64,000 nucleotides of DNA from an uncultured bacterium (GCA_963824495.1 CAWGPQ010000008.1:192001-256000); one strand, 5' to 3'. Counted from the stretch's first letter, positions 11,892 through 22,170 are shown. Notes: generated by a model not told the origin, from the letters alone. Program-made: numbers and translations.

Positions 11892-12782
11892 ATGATTGAG
11901 CACGGTAATGAAGCGATAGGTATAAAAAGAAAATGCGAACTTTTGGGTGTTGCGAGAAGCATGATGTATTATCAACCGAGGCCGTTAAAAAGTAACGATG
12001 CGACTATATTGAATGAGGTTAGAAGTATTTATCAAGAAACACCATTTTATGGCTATCGCCGTATTCTTGTTGCTCTGAGGCAAAGAGGCTTCGTTATCAA
12101 TCACAAGAGGTTACAAGGATTGCTCGCTCTTGCAGGCATAAAAGCTGTTTATCCTACAAAGAAAACAACTATACGAGATCGGGGACACAAAGTATACCCC
12201 TATCTTCTACGTGAACTTAGCATTGATCGCCCTAATCAGGTATGGACCGTTGACATCACCTATATAAAGGTACGACTTGGCTTTGTTTATTTAGTGTGCT
12301 TGCTCGATGTCTTTAGCAGAAGAATTATGGGATGGAGCTTATCTACTTTTCTTGATACGCAATCATGTCTTGAAGCACTTGAAAACGCCTTGAAGCATGG
12401 CATACCGGAGATTATTAATAGCGACCAAGGATGCCAGTTTACCAGTACCTCTTGGATCGTACAATTAGAAGGAAACGGTATAAAGGTGAGCATGGATGGC
12501 AAGGGTCGCTGGGCTGATAATGCTCATGTCGAACGATTATGGCGTACTATAAAGTACGAAAACGTTTACCTGCACAGTTTTGATACTGTGGATCAGGCTC
12601 GAGTAGCTTTGCGGAGCTATGTTGATTTTTATAATCAAAAACGACCTCATCAGGCGCTTAACTATCACACGCCAAACCTCATTTTCGCTTTAAGAGTTGT
12701 GCCTACAAGACAACAGTTATTTGCACAATTTAAGTTACAAAACCAGTCTAACCCTTCGGAGGTTAACATGACTCCTAAATAA
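11892..12782 (+). CDS. IS3 transposase OrfB (DDE integrase core)
   Basis: PNQVWTVDITYI, NSDQGCQF, DNAHVERLWRTIKYE. Confidence 0.95.
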   Translation: MIEHGNEAIGIKRKCELLGVARSMMYYQPRPLKSNDATILNEVRSIYQETPFYGYRRILVALRQRGFVINHKRLQGLLALAGIKAVYPTKKTTIRDRGHKVYPYLLRELSIDRPNQVWTVDITYIKVRLGFVYLVCLLDVFSRRIMGWSLSTFLDTQSCLEALENALKHGIPEIINSDQGCQFTSTSWIVQLEGNGIKVSMDGKGRWADNAHVERLWRTIKYENVYLHSFDTVDQARVALRSYVDFYNQKRPHQALNYHTPNLIFALRVVPTRQQLFAQFKLQNQSNPSEVNMTPK

Positions 12783-12947
12783 ATCTATTTTCGTGTCTTA
12801 ACGCAGGGGGGTCACTATAGTTCGTCATAAAGTGCATCAAACTTAATTATAGAGGGAATTCGTTGTATCCACTCAAAGAACAGATCTTCATCAGTGCTTG
12901 AGTAAAACCAAACAGATTTACATATTAATTTAATACTTCCCTTTATA

Positions 12948-13964
12948 TTATTTTGCTCCACGTTCTCGTCCTCCTGGAACAATATTTTTATGCCTCCCTG
13001 ACTTGTCAACCACATCTCAATGGGGACCTCCATGACCCTTTGGCCCCGAGGGTACCCATAGATTTCCGCTTTTGTCAGGCCAGCCATATTGCCCTGTTCT
13101 CAAATGCCTTTTTTTATCGCCATTCCATTTTTTAGAAACTTCATACCCATCTTTCTCGGTAGGCTTGCCAGGGGCTTGGGCATTATCATTCTTAACCTTC
13201 TTATCATCTTCTTTAGGGTTATTCTCTATTTGATCTACAGTATTGCGATATTTAACGATTTCGTCAGCATTGAAATCAAGATAATATTTTGGTTGCTCTC
13301 GACTGCCTGCAAAGTATTGAATGCTAAGCCCACATAATCCCCCAATAGCTATACCATCTACAATGGTAACGGGCCCAAAAAACGAACCAGCAGCGCCACC
13401 TGCTACCGCCCCTTCACCAAAGGCAATGGCCAAACCAGCAGCTAAAGCTGGTAGTGGCATATTGTGGGTAATAATAGAATGATGCCCTACAAAATAATTA
13501 TGAGATCCTTCGATCTCAAGTGCGTAGACTTTAAGAGGCCTTTTAACAAATCTTATATCAGCAATAGGTATCAACTTTTTATGATCACTTAAAAGAACAT
13601 CTCCCTTTCTAAGTTTATAAGCAGAAATCCATTTCTTGATTTTAGGCATCCAAAACCTTTGTGTTGGTGTACAAATAATCTCATCGACAAAGAACTTGGC
13701 AAGGCCAATCTTAAAATAGCAGTTCGTCACGCTACTACCCGCTGATTTTACGCCCCTTATTACAGCTACATGAGAGTTATAATAGCTCTTCACCCTTGTC
13801 GGCTTTTTAGGAAGCCATTCATGAATTTGTTCTATTGTTTTCCAGTGGCCATTACATCTTACAAGCGTATTTCCACCAAACCCATGACCATACATCAAGG
13901 GATCTGAAAGCACGAAAGTCAACAACAGAGAATATTCCAACCATTTAAATTGCGACATAAGCAC
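12948..13964 (-). pseudogene. Polymorphic toxin: signal peptide, Hint domain, hydrophobic linker, Ntox37-like tip; premature TGA at 13017-13019
   Basis: Hint end VYALEIEGSHNYFVG..ITHN; tip GWPDKSGNLWVPSG..HGGPH*DVVDKSGRHKNIVPGG continues in frame to TAA at 12948. Confidence 0.8.
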
Positions 13965-14200
13965 CCCCTATCTCCTTTATATACTTAAAGGAAGGTACTG
14001 CTCAATAATTACTCCTCATAATTTTAAGGATTCGTATTTAAAGGGATTTTTTTCAACATTTTTTGTGTAGATAATGATTACATAAAAATAACGCTGATAA
14101 ATTATTGGCAAATCACCTATCTCTCGTTTATAGTAGCAAGTGAGCTTTGAGCATCTTTTTACCATTTTTACCATGTCTTAATTTTAGGGGAACCACGTGA

Positions 14201-15022
14201 ATGCAGTATCTTGAACACGTATGCACCATGGTTACTAGGTATGTAGACATACTAACGTGGCGTGATTATTGTGAGGTATTTTTTTTCTCAACAGTAATCT
14301 ATTATTTTTCACGATGGCTCAACAAAGAGCACGATAAAGTTCTTCTGCTGCTATTCTATGGATATTGTGTGCTTGTGCTTGTAGCCTACTATGCACAATT
14401 AACTACTATAAGCATGGCTCTTTTTATTGGTGCGCCAGTAACACTTATGCTTATAGGCATTCTTCATCAGGAAAGATTACAAAAAAACTTTATCACCTAT
14501 AAACAGCGTATTATCGGTGCACATGACGAAAAACAGTGGCCACAAGAGCTTATTGCCGCCTGCTTACAAGCGCTTAATAAACAGAGAAGGCTTATTTGTA
14601 TGATTGAGCGCACTGATAGTTTACAAGTATTTTTTACGCAGGCATGTATTATTAATGCTCATGTAAAGAAAGAGCTTATAGCTATGGCGCTTGATGCGTG
14701 TGGTGCTGAAAAGCCACTCGTACTCTGGCTTAATCATCACGGTATCTTGCGAGCATTACAGGTTACGCTGGCCGACCCTGCACAAAATATGCTTATCACT
14801 ACACAAGCTCAAACGCTGCCTTATTGGTATCAGCAAGCTCTTGTCATTACCAGCAAAACTGATTCGCTTATTATAACCACCTGTCCTGAAACAGGTCTTT
14901 TTGATCTTATATTGCAAGAAAGTATTGCAGAATCGTTAACAGCACATCAAACGCTTATATTCTTGCAGCGTTATATTGATCTCAACAATGTGAACAAAAG
15001 GCACACATCACCATGCGCATAA
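14201..15022 (+). CDS. CdaA/DacA-like membrane protein with degenerate DAC domain
   Basis: Three N-terminal TM helices, MIERTD, TDSLIITTCPETG; located upstream of cdaR-like gene and glmM; DGA and RHR motifs absent. Confidence 0.7.
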   Translation: MQYLEHVCTMVTRYVDILTWRDYCEVFFFSTVIYYFSRWLNKEHDKVLLLLFYGYCVLVLVAYYAQLTTISMALFIGAPVTLMLIGILHQERLQKNFITYKQRIIGAHDEKQWPQELIAACLQALNKQRRLICMIERTDSLQVFFTQACIINAHVKKELIAMALDACGAEKPLVLWLNHHGILRALQVTLADPAQNMLITTQAQTLPYWYQQALVITSKTDSLIITTCPETGLFDLILQESIAESLTAHQTLIFLQRYIDLNNVNKRHTSPCA

Positions 15023-15405
15023 GCCTTGCAGGGTTCATAAGCAGTAGTCTTCTTAAAGTAAGCTCTGGTATTCTTGGCTTTTTGTTGTGGTCTCTCATGA
15101 GTGGTTCACGCTATCACGAAGTTACTCTCACGGTACCGATATGCTTGTATAATATGCCTGATCAAGCACTGAATCAAGCACCAGTACTAGAGCCTGAACA
15201 GATTACGGTTACACTGGGCGGCACACGTTCACATCTGCAAGACCTTATGCATGAAGAGCTTGGGCTCCATATCAATTATGCTACACTTACTATAGGGCAA
15301 ACGCTGGTTCAACCAACCCAGCATCAACTTCTATTGCCAGCAGATATTAAACTGGTAAGCTATAAGCCCCTTTATGCAACTATTATTAAACAGGAAGTAT
15401 CGTGA
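15013..15405 (+). CDS. CdaR/YbbR-like protein
   Basis: N-terminal TM ending LLW, VPI..N.P, ITVTLGG; operon position. Confidence 0.65.
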   Translation: MRISLAGFISSSLLKVSSGILGFLLWSLMSGSRYHEVTLTVPICLYNMPDQALNQAPVLEPEQITVTLGGTRSHLQDLMHEELGLHINYATLTIGQTLVQPTQHQLLLPADIKLVSYKPLYATIIKQEVS

Positions 15406-16763
15406 ACATATCAAACATATTTGGCACTGATGGCATTCGAGATCACGTTGGCACAGGTCTGCTCACTCTTGATAAACTTCCCATTCTGGGAAAAGCCCTT
15501 GCTACATGGGCATGTGACAAATATCAACGAGAACCACATGTATTACTTATTCATGATACACGTATATCGTGCTCTTTCATTAAAGCGGCTCTTACGTCAG
15601 GACTCTTACTTTCGCCCATTAAGCTTTATAATGGCGGTATTCTACCAACACCTGCTGGAGCACTAATAGCACATTACACAAAACTTTTTGATTGCGTGCT
15701 TATCATTTCTGCCTCACATAACCCCTGGCATGATAATGGTATTAAGATTATCGATGGCGGAACAGGCAAATTGACGTTTGATGATGAACGTGTGCTAGTT
15801 GAGCGTATAGTACACTATAGCCTAAACGCCCCCTCCAGTAATAATAAGGGTTATCAAACACTCGGACAAGAAGTTATCTGGACGACGGGGGAAGATACGT
15901 ATTGCTCGTTTGTTACCAGCTTATTTTCTTCTCATATGCTTACCGGCAAAAAAATAATTCTTGATACCGCCAATGGGGCAAGCTATCGGGTTGCCCCGCG
16001 AATATTTTCTGTGCTTGGTGCACAAGTTATTACCCTTAATAACATCCCTAATGGGGTTAATATAAATCAAGCCTGTGGCACCCAGTATCTCGATCACCTT
16101 CAACAAGAGGTAATAAAAAATCAAGCAGATATGGGCTTTGCATTCGATGGCGATGGCGATCGTGTTATTGCAGTTAATCATGAGGGTGAAATAAAAAATG
16201 GCGATGATATTTTAGCACTTTTACTTGCTCATCCTGAGTATAGTACAAGCACAAAGATTGTCGGTACTGTTATGAGCAATCAGGCATTTGAGAAGTTTCT
16301 TGAACAACAAGGTAAACAGTTAGTACGAACACCCGTTGGTGATAAATATATTGTTGAGCAGCTCATACAACAACGTTTACTTATAGGTGGTGAGCCATCA
16401 GGTCATATTATACTAAATCCACAAAGACCTATAGGAGACGGCATTATTACTGCCCTTAAGCTTATTGAAACACTTTCATATTCGGATAATTGGTCAATGA
16501 GGACATTTGCTCATTATCCACAAATACTTATTAATGTTCCCGTTAACCATAAGTATGACCTAGAGCACCCATTGCTGGCAGATAGTATACTACAGGCACA
16601 ATCACATCTGACAAATGGCCGTTTGCTTGTACGTTATTCGGGCACAGAGCCTTTATTGCGTATCATGGTAGAAGATATATCTCATCATCATGCCACACAA
16701 GTTGCCCACAATGTAGCTTATACAATCTGTCAAATACTTGAAAAAACATTCGAAAACAGGTGA
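15402..16763 (+). CDS. glmM: Phosphoglucosamine mutase
   Basis: FGTDGIR, ISASHNP, FDGDGDR, GGEPSGH, RYSGTEP. Confidence 0.95.
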   Translation: MNISNIFGTDGIRDHVGTGLLTLDKLPILGKALATWACDKYQREPHVLLIHDTRISCSFIKAALTSGLLLSPIKLYNGGILPTPAGALIAHYTKLFDCVLIISASHNPWHDNGIKIIDGGTGKLTFDDERVLVERIVHYSLNAPSSNNKGYQTLGQEVIWTTGEDTYCSFVTSLFSSHMLTGKKIILDTANGASYRVAPRIFSVLGAQVITLNNIPNGVNINQACGTQYLDHLQQEVIKNQADMGFAFDGDGDRVIAVNHEGEIKNGDDILALLLAHPEYSTSTKIVGTVMSNQAFEKFLEQQGKQLVRTPVGDKYIVEQLIQQRLLIGGEPSGHIILNPQRPIGDGIITALKLIETLSYSDNWSMRTFAHYPQILINVPVNHKYDLEHPLLADSILQAQSHLTNGRLLVRYSGTEPLLRIMVEDISHHHATQVAHNVAYTICQILEKTFENR

Positions 16764-16770
16764 AAGCATA

Positions 16771-17430
16771 ATGAGCACTATCACACGGCGACTTACTACT
16801 ATAGTACGAACTTTCGTATACTCTTTACGATCACTATTTCTTACCGGCTTGATTACTCTTTTACCTATTGCACTGACAGCCGGTCTTGCCATTGTTTCCC
16901 TTCGGGCTGTAAAATCATGGCTTGCTCCACTCTATAACTTGGAACCTGATTATCTTAAACGGTTCCCTCACTCAGAAATTATCTTTGCGCTTATTGTTAT
17001 TCTTATACTAGGCGTTATTTTGAGATTTGTTGTAGTTGCGTCTTTAATTCGATGGGCAGAATCTGGACTGAGCAGGGTACCACTTGTACGCCAAATTTAT
17101 TTTGGTATTAAGCAACTTGTTCATGCATTTACTTCTCAGGATACGGCATCGTTTCAAACGGTTATTTTAATAGAATTTCCGCGAAAAGGCATCTATAGCC
17201 TTGGCTTTGCAACACGCAAGCTGCCTCGTGAACTTTCACCGACCGAGGCAGAACACTTTTTGAGTATTTTTATACCCACAACACCCAATCCAACAACTGG
17301 CTACTATATTATTGCACAAGCTGCTGATTGCAAAATTGTCGATTTAACACGACAAGAAGCAATGGCTATTATCATATCTGGCGGAATTATTCAACCCGAA
17401 CGGTTTGAGAAGCAGCATAATTTTCAATAA
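16771..17430 (+). CDS. DUF502 membrane protein
   Basis: FLTGLITLLP, VPLVRQIY, FIPTTPNPTTG. Confidence 0.85.
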   Translation: MSTITRRLTTIVRTFVYSLRSLFLTGLITLLPIALTAGLAIVSLRAVKSWLAPLYNLEPDYLKRFPHSEIIFALIVILILGVILRFVVVASLIRWAESGLSRVPLVRQIYFGIKQLVHAFTSQDTASFQTVILIEFPRKGIYSLGFATRKLPRELSPTEAEHFLSIFIPTTPNPTTGYYIIAQAADCKIVDLTRQEAMAIIISGGIIQPERFEKQHNFQ

Positions 17431-17992
17431 AATCTTTTATTTGCCGGGCTGTAGCGATCCATGATTCTAATTCTTCTTTACTTGGCCCACGTAACTCAAA
17501 AAGCACATCTTCTTCTGAGTTATTTTTGGCATTCTCAAGACGTCGCTGCCTTTCTTCAAAAGCATCGATAAAATATTGTGCCCACTCTTGTGCACCCATA
17601 AACGTAACGTCGTTATAATGTACACACCCCTGCGTAGATGCTCCTGTATCAAGCAATATCTTAACGAGCTCTAGAGCTTTAGGACCTTGAGTACTTTGAG
17701 CTATCGCAAAAAATAATGGACCACACTGCATAGTATCATTGGTATAAAGAACACGTACATCAGCACCCTTATTAATAATCACCTGAACCTGATCAGGATC
17801 GGTCTGTTCAATTGCTTCGACAAGTTGCTCTTGAAGTTGATCTTGAAATTGATCTTGAAATTCGGTGGCTAAGACTTCGCCGGAGATCACCGCCACAAGC
17901 ATACTGCCTATAAGCATTACCCCACCCACAAGAATTTTGGAAATAGTTTTGGAAATAATCATGACAACTCCTTCTTTAAAGCAATTCTTCAA
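17387..17992 (-). CDS. Secreted protein with ankyrin-like repeats
   Basis: Hydrophobic N-terminus; INKGADV, PLFFAI..LVKILLDTGA. Confidence 0.6.
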   Translation of the reverse strand: MKNCFKEGVVMIISKTISKILVGGVMLIGSMLVAVISGEVLATEFQDQFQDQLQEQLVEAIEQTDPDQVQVIINKGADVRVLYTNDTMQCGPLFFAIAQSTQGPKALELVKILLDTGASTQGCVHYNDVTFMGAQEWAQYFIDAFEERQRRLENAKNNSEEDVLFELRGPSKEELESWIATARQIKDFIENYAASQTVRVE

Positions 17993-18006
17993 AAAATTGT
18001 TAGCAT

Positions 18007-18960
18007 CTATCGCTTAAAATGCCCAAATAAAAATTTAAAATAAAAAAGATCCAAAGCGCAAGATACTGTACCATTTTTAAGCCGATAATCAAGTGCGTAG
18101 AGAAAATCGTGAGCAACAATAAGCTCGGTACGCGAAACGTGCTGAATATCACTCAGCGAAAATGGTATACGATAGACCATTTTTTTTGCTGCTTCTTTGC
18201 CAACTTTTTCAACACATGAAAGAAACATACACGCTTGCCACAACTGGTCAGACCAATAGTGTATCCAAAATTCCTCGGGGTAATTGCCTTCACACTGTAG
18301 CCACTCTTGCAAAAACAGGTCATAGTGTTTAGCAAAGAATAAGCGACTTAACGTGAAGAGCGATCTTTTCGGAGTAATTATCTTGTTAAGCCATCGATTA
18401 ATAAAATTCTCAGGCCGTCGCCCACCCAAACTCTGATAGCAGAGCATGAGCGATGCTTCGTCAAGCGTCAACGTTTCATGATGCTTAAAGAGAGAAGTAA
18501 TAAATTGAGTGTCTTGACAATAGGTCCCCTGGAAAAAATGGAAAAGCTCTTTATAACCACGTCGATCAAGCCGCTCCGGAAGCTGTATACTCAGTAAGCT
18601 TGCAGAAGAAATAGGTGCATCAAGAAAAAAGCTGAGCGCGTGTGGCCCTGTATAGTCTTTCACATAAGCAATAAGTTGGGTACGTTGCGCTTCATCAAGT
18701 ATGCTTAAATTTTTAAGCCAATAGAGGACATTGACACCGAGAAAGCTCGTTTGGCAATGAGCATAAATGGAGCCAAGCTCATACTGCGTAACGTCAAGTA
18801 CTATAACCTGCTCATGACGTACTACTTGTAAACGTGTAAAAAAGCGAGAGAAAAAGAGAAGAGGATACGTAGTTCCTGTAAAGGACCAAACAGATGGCAC
18901 GACAGATGACACATGGGCTTTTGAATCTTGTATATGACGCAAAAAGTCTAGTAATTCCAT
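18007..18960 (-). CDS. Probable DNA polymerase III delta subunit (HolA-like, divergent)
   Basis: Size, QTSFLG, SLFTLS and C-terminal LDYRLKNG pattern. Confidence 0.5.
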   Translation of the reverse strand: MELLDFLRHIQDSKAHVSSVVPSVWSFTGTTYPLLFFSRFFTRLQVVRHEQVIVLDVTQYELGSIYAHCQTSFLGVNVLYWLKNLSILDEAQRTQLIAYVKDYTGPHALSFFLDAPISSASLLSIQLPERLDRRGYKELFHFFQGTYCQDTQFITSLFKHHETLTLDEASLMLCYQSLGGRRPENFINRWLNKIITPKRSLFTLSRLFFAKHYDLFLQEWLQCEGNYPEEFWIHYWSDQLWQACMFLSCVEKVGKEAAKKMVYRIPFSLSDIQHVSRTELIVAHDFLYALDYRLKNGTVSCALDLFYFKFLFGHFKR

Positions 18961-18972
18961 TAAGTGTTTATA

Positions 18973-19779
18973 TCAGGGCTCATAGGCAGGAAAAATAAGA
19001 GACTGATTGCGCAATAATCGTGTACGATCTTTTGTAAATATATAGGGGTGTTTATCAAAAAACGCAAAGAGCTCCCCGGATCCTTGAATAGCTAATAAGC
19101 GCAAATGTTCATAATCAGCCCAGTCAAGAGGTGCTCGTTCAGCTGATCCTTGAATCTCAACCACTTTACCTGATCTAGTCATAACAAAATTAAAATCTAC
19201 ATCAATGGTGCTATCTTCAGCAAAGTCCATATCAAGCAAGGGTCCATGCTCACCTAAGCCTACTGATACACCTGCAAGCTCGTCAGTAAGCAGAGGCCGT
19301 GGTAAAATTGATAGAGCCGTCCAGCGCTCTTGAGCTGCCTTGAGCGCAAGATATGCCCCTGTTATACAAGCAGTTCGTGTGCCACCATCTGCTTGTAGCA
19401 CATCGCAATCAATGAAAATTGTCTGCTCACCCAACATCGTAAGATCAGTTACCGCACGAAGTGCTCGACCTATTAACCGTGAAATTTCAATAGTTCTACC
19501 ACTTCTTTTGTTTGCAGTTATTTCTCTAACGGTGCGTATGGGTGTAGAAACGGGCAGTAACGCATATTCTGCAGTCAACCATCCGCTCTTTTTACCCTTA
19601 AGGAAATGAGGGATACCATTCTGAAGTGTTACTGCACATAAAACTTTGGTATTGCCTATCTGAAAAAGAGTAGAGCCGGCGGCATACGAAAATATATCAT
19701 ATGTTACGCTTAAGGGACGGAGCCGGTTATATAACCGATCACTTGAGCGTACACATGCTGAAGCCATAACATTCTGCAT
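18973..19779 (-). CDS. rph: Ribonuclease PH
   Basis: GWLTAEYALLP, RTIEISRLIGRALR, DCDVLQADGGTRTA. Confidence 0.96.
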   Translation of the reverse strand: MQNVMASACVRSSDRLYNRLRPLSVTYDIFSYAAGSTLFQIGNTKVLCAVTLQNGIPHFLKGKKSGWLTAEYALLPVSTPIRTVREITANKRSGRTIEISRLIGRALRAVTDLTMLGEQTIFIDCDVLQADGGTRTACITGAYLALKAAQERWTALSILPRPLLTDELAGVSVGLGEHGPLLDMDFAEDSTIDVDFNFVMTRSGKVVEIQGSAERAPLDWADYEHLRLLAIQGSGELFAFFDKHPYIFTKDRTRLLRNQSLIFPAYEP

Positions 19780-19790
19780 TATAATTACTC

Positions 19791-21863
19791 TTACTTAATA
19801 ATCTTTAAGCGTATACGACCATTTTCACTGTCATAGTCAGTAACTTCTACGAGAAGTTGCTCACCTACTTGTATAGTTTTCATAAAGCTTTCCTGTTCTT
19901 GACGAGGTATGGTTGAAATATGCACCAATCCATCGACACCCGGGGCAATTTCGACAAAAATGCCAAAATCAGCAATACGCTTAACACGACCATGATAGCG
20001 GGTGCCACGCTCAATCTGTCCTGCTAGAGTTTTAACCCAGAGAACTGCTTGATCAAGCTTTTCACCGGGATGACCAAATATTTTGACTAAACCATCATCT
20101 TCTATATCAATGGTTGTTCCAGTTTTTTCAGTAATTTCCCGAATAGTTTTACCACCCGATCCAATGATAGCACCAATCTTATCGGTAGGAACTTTAAATG
20201 AAATAATTTGAGGAACGAGTTCTGAAAGCTGTGGCCGTGGTGCACTCATTATTTTTTGCATGTGCTGTAATATATATAACCTACCCTGACGTGCTTGTGC
20301 CAGTGCTTTTTCAAATACAGCACGTGGCAAGCCACCCTTATATTTGATATCCATTTGAATAGCAGTTATGGCTGTTGCAGTTCCTGCTACTTTAAAGTCC
20401 ATTAACCCCATTTCATCTTCAATACCAGCGATATCACTGATAACCCTAAATTCACTATCACGACTACGCAATAGTCCCATTGCTATACCACTTATCATAG
20501 TATGCATAGGTACCCCTGCATCTAAAAGTGCCATGGTTGATCCACAGACGGTAGCCATAGATGATGAACCATCCGATTCAAGAATATCGGCAACTATACG
20601 GATAGTATAAGGAAACTGCTCTCGAGAAGGCAACGCATATCTAAGAGCAGAAGCTGCTAGATATCCATGCCCTACTTCTCGTCTACTTGGTCCTCTCATA
20701 GGCCGGACTTCCCCAACCGAGAACGGAGGGAAGTTATAATGAAGCATAAACCTATCCATTGAATCGCCCATAAGCGTTTCAATTTTAGCCTCGTCTTGTC
20801 CGCCCCCAAGTGTCACGCTTGCCAGTGCTTGCGTTCGACCCCGCTTAAATAATGCTGACCCATGATTATAAGGTAGAAGCCCAACTTCTGTAGAGATAGG
20901 ACGAACTTGATCAAATGCTCGACCATCAATGCGCTTGTTAAGCTTAAAAATAATTTCGTTAATAACTTCACGAAGCGTGGTATCAAAAATATATTCAACA
21001 AATGTTTCAGAATTTGTTGTAGCAATTTCTTGTGCATAACGTTGCAAAAAAGCATGCTTAAGCTCAGCACGTACAGTACCTCGCTCAAGCTTATCAGCAG
21101 TCAACATACGCTGAACGTGCTCATCAGACAAAACAGATACGACACGCTCACGCCATAGTTGCCAATCAAACTGATCAACAATAGGCTCTTTTTCAACAAG
21201 AAGCTCTTCCTGTATAGTTTGCTGCCATACAACCTGCTCTTTAATTTTTTCGTGTGCTAGAAAAAGAGCATCTATAAACTCTGCTTCAGAGATTCCCTGC
21301 GCAGAACCTTCAACCATGCATATGCCCTCAGCGGTACCCGCAAAAATAAGCTTGACATCAGACTGTAAGCTTTGAGGGAATGTTGGGTTAATAACCCATT
21401 GAGCATTAAGCCGAGCAACTTCAGCTACACCGATAGGCCCAAGAAATGGTATCTTTGATGCAGTTAATGCAAGTGAGCTTGCAAGCAAAGCAAGTGTATG
21501 TGGAGCATGATCTTTATCAACAGAATATACTGTCACCAAAACCTGAAGCTGATTAAAATAATTAGTTGGAAATAATGGTCTGATAGACCTGTCTATTAAC
21601 CTGCTTGTTAATATTTCTTTATCGCTAAACTTACCCTCACGTTTAAAGTACCCCCCTGGTATTTTACCTGCTGCTGAAAAGTGCTCGCGATAGTCAACCG
21701 TCAATGGTAGAAAGCCCGGAAACTCAACAGAAGGTGCTGAAACAACGGTGGCAAGAACAACCGTACCCCCTTGTTGAAGCCATGCATCACCATCGGCTTG
21801 ACCAGCATATTTACCAATAGTTACTTCATACCCGCTGTCTGGCAACCTAAACCTTCTTTCCAT
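19791..21863 (-). CDS. pnp: Polyribonucleotide nucleotidyltransferase
   Basis: FLPLTVDY, HYNFPPFSVGE, ESDGSSSMA, KH and S1 domains. Confidence 0.97.
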   Translation of the reverse strand: MERRFRLPDSGYEVTIGKYAGQADGDAWLQQGGTVVLATVVSAPSVEFPGFLPLTVDYREHFSAAGKIPGGYFKREGKFSDKEILTSRLIDRSIRPLFPTNYFNQLQVLVTVYSVDKDHAPHTLALLASSLALTASKIPFLGPIGVAEVARLNAQWVINPTFPQSLQSDVKLIFAGTAEGICMVEGSAQGISEAEFIDALFLAHEKIKEQVVWQQTIQEELLVEKEPIVDQFDWQLWRERVVSVLSDEHVQRMLTADKLERGTVRAELKHAFLQRYAQEIATTNSETFVEYIFDTTLREVINEIIFKLNKRIDGRAFDQVRPISTEVGLLPYNHGSALFKRGRTQALASVTLGGGQDEAKIETLMGDSMDRFMLHYNFPPFSVGEVRPMRGPSRREVGHGYLAASALRYALPSREQFPYTIRIVADILESDGSSSMATVCGSTMALLDAGVPMHTMISGIAMGLLRSRDSEFRVISDIAGIEDEMGLMDFKVAGTATAITAIQMDIKYKGGLPRAVFEKALAQARQGRLYILQHMQKIMSAPRPQLSELVPQIISFKVPTDKIGAIIGSGGKTIREITEKTGTTIDIEDDGLVKIFGHPGEKLDQAVLWVKTLAGQIERGTRYHGRVKRIADFGIFVEIAPGVDGLVHISTIPRQEQESFMKTIQVGEQLLVEVTDYDSENGRIRLKIIK

Positions 21864-21869
21864 ACCTAC

Positions 21870-22136
21870 TTATCCCCTAATACCTAAACGCTCAATAAGC
21901 TCTTTATAATGTTCTTCATCTTTTCGCTTAATATATTCAAGAAAGCGGCGTCTACGACCAACTAATTTCATAAGCCCCGTTTTTGAAGCGTTATCGTGAT
22001 GATGCTTCTTAAAATGCTCATTCAAGTGATTGATTCGCGTTGTAAGCAATGCAATTTGAAGTTGTATCGATCCCGTGTCATGGTCTGACATACGATAGCC
22101 ATGTATCAATTCTTTTTTCTTTTCTAATGAAAGCAT
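21870..22136 (-). CDS. rpsO: 30S ribosomal protein S15
   Basis: DTGS..QIALLT.RI, GLMKLVGRRRR. Confidence 0.97.
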   Translation of the reverse strand: MLSLEKKKELIHGYRMSDHDTGSIQLQIALLTTRINHLNEHFKKHHHDNASKTGLMKLVGRRRRFLEYIKRKDEEHYKELIERLGIRG

Positions 22137-22170
22137 AGAGTAACCTCATATATATAGTATACAGATATCA

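Larger units (their letters stand above)
11505..12819 (+). mobile_element. IS3-family insertion sequence
   Basis: Inverted repeats TATAATGACCCC..AGACACG and TATAGTGACCCC..AGACACG; 3-bp GTT duplication at 11502-11504 and 12820-12822. Confidence 0.93.
11281..12961 (-). pseudogene. Putative immunity protein, split by IS3 element
   Basis: Removing the IS and one GTT copy joins ...DALYDEL to YLYLKSNVIPDEDLRELIALFYRY... in frame; GTG start overlaps the toxin 3' end. Confidence 0.8.

Noticed and set aside
13017..13019. TGA read as Trp (alternative genetic code) explaining the toxin stop
   Set aside because: glmM, rph and murA end at TGA at their expected termini, prfB is present, and tRNA-Trp has anticodon CCA
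12815..13087. 90-aa ORF as listed in the track
   Set aside because: Its 5' part overlaps the toxin tip; the likely start is GTG at 12961 and the stop comes from the IS end
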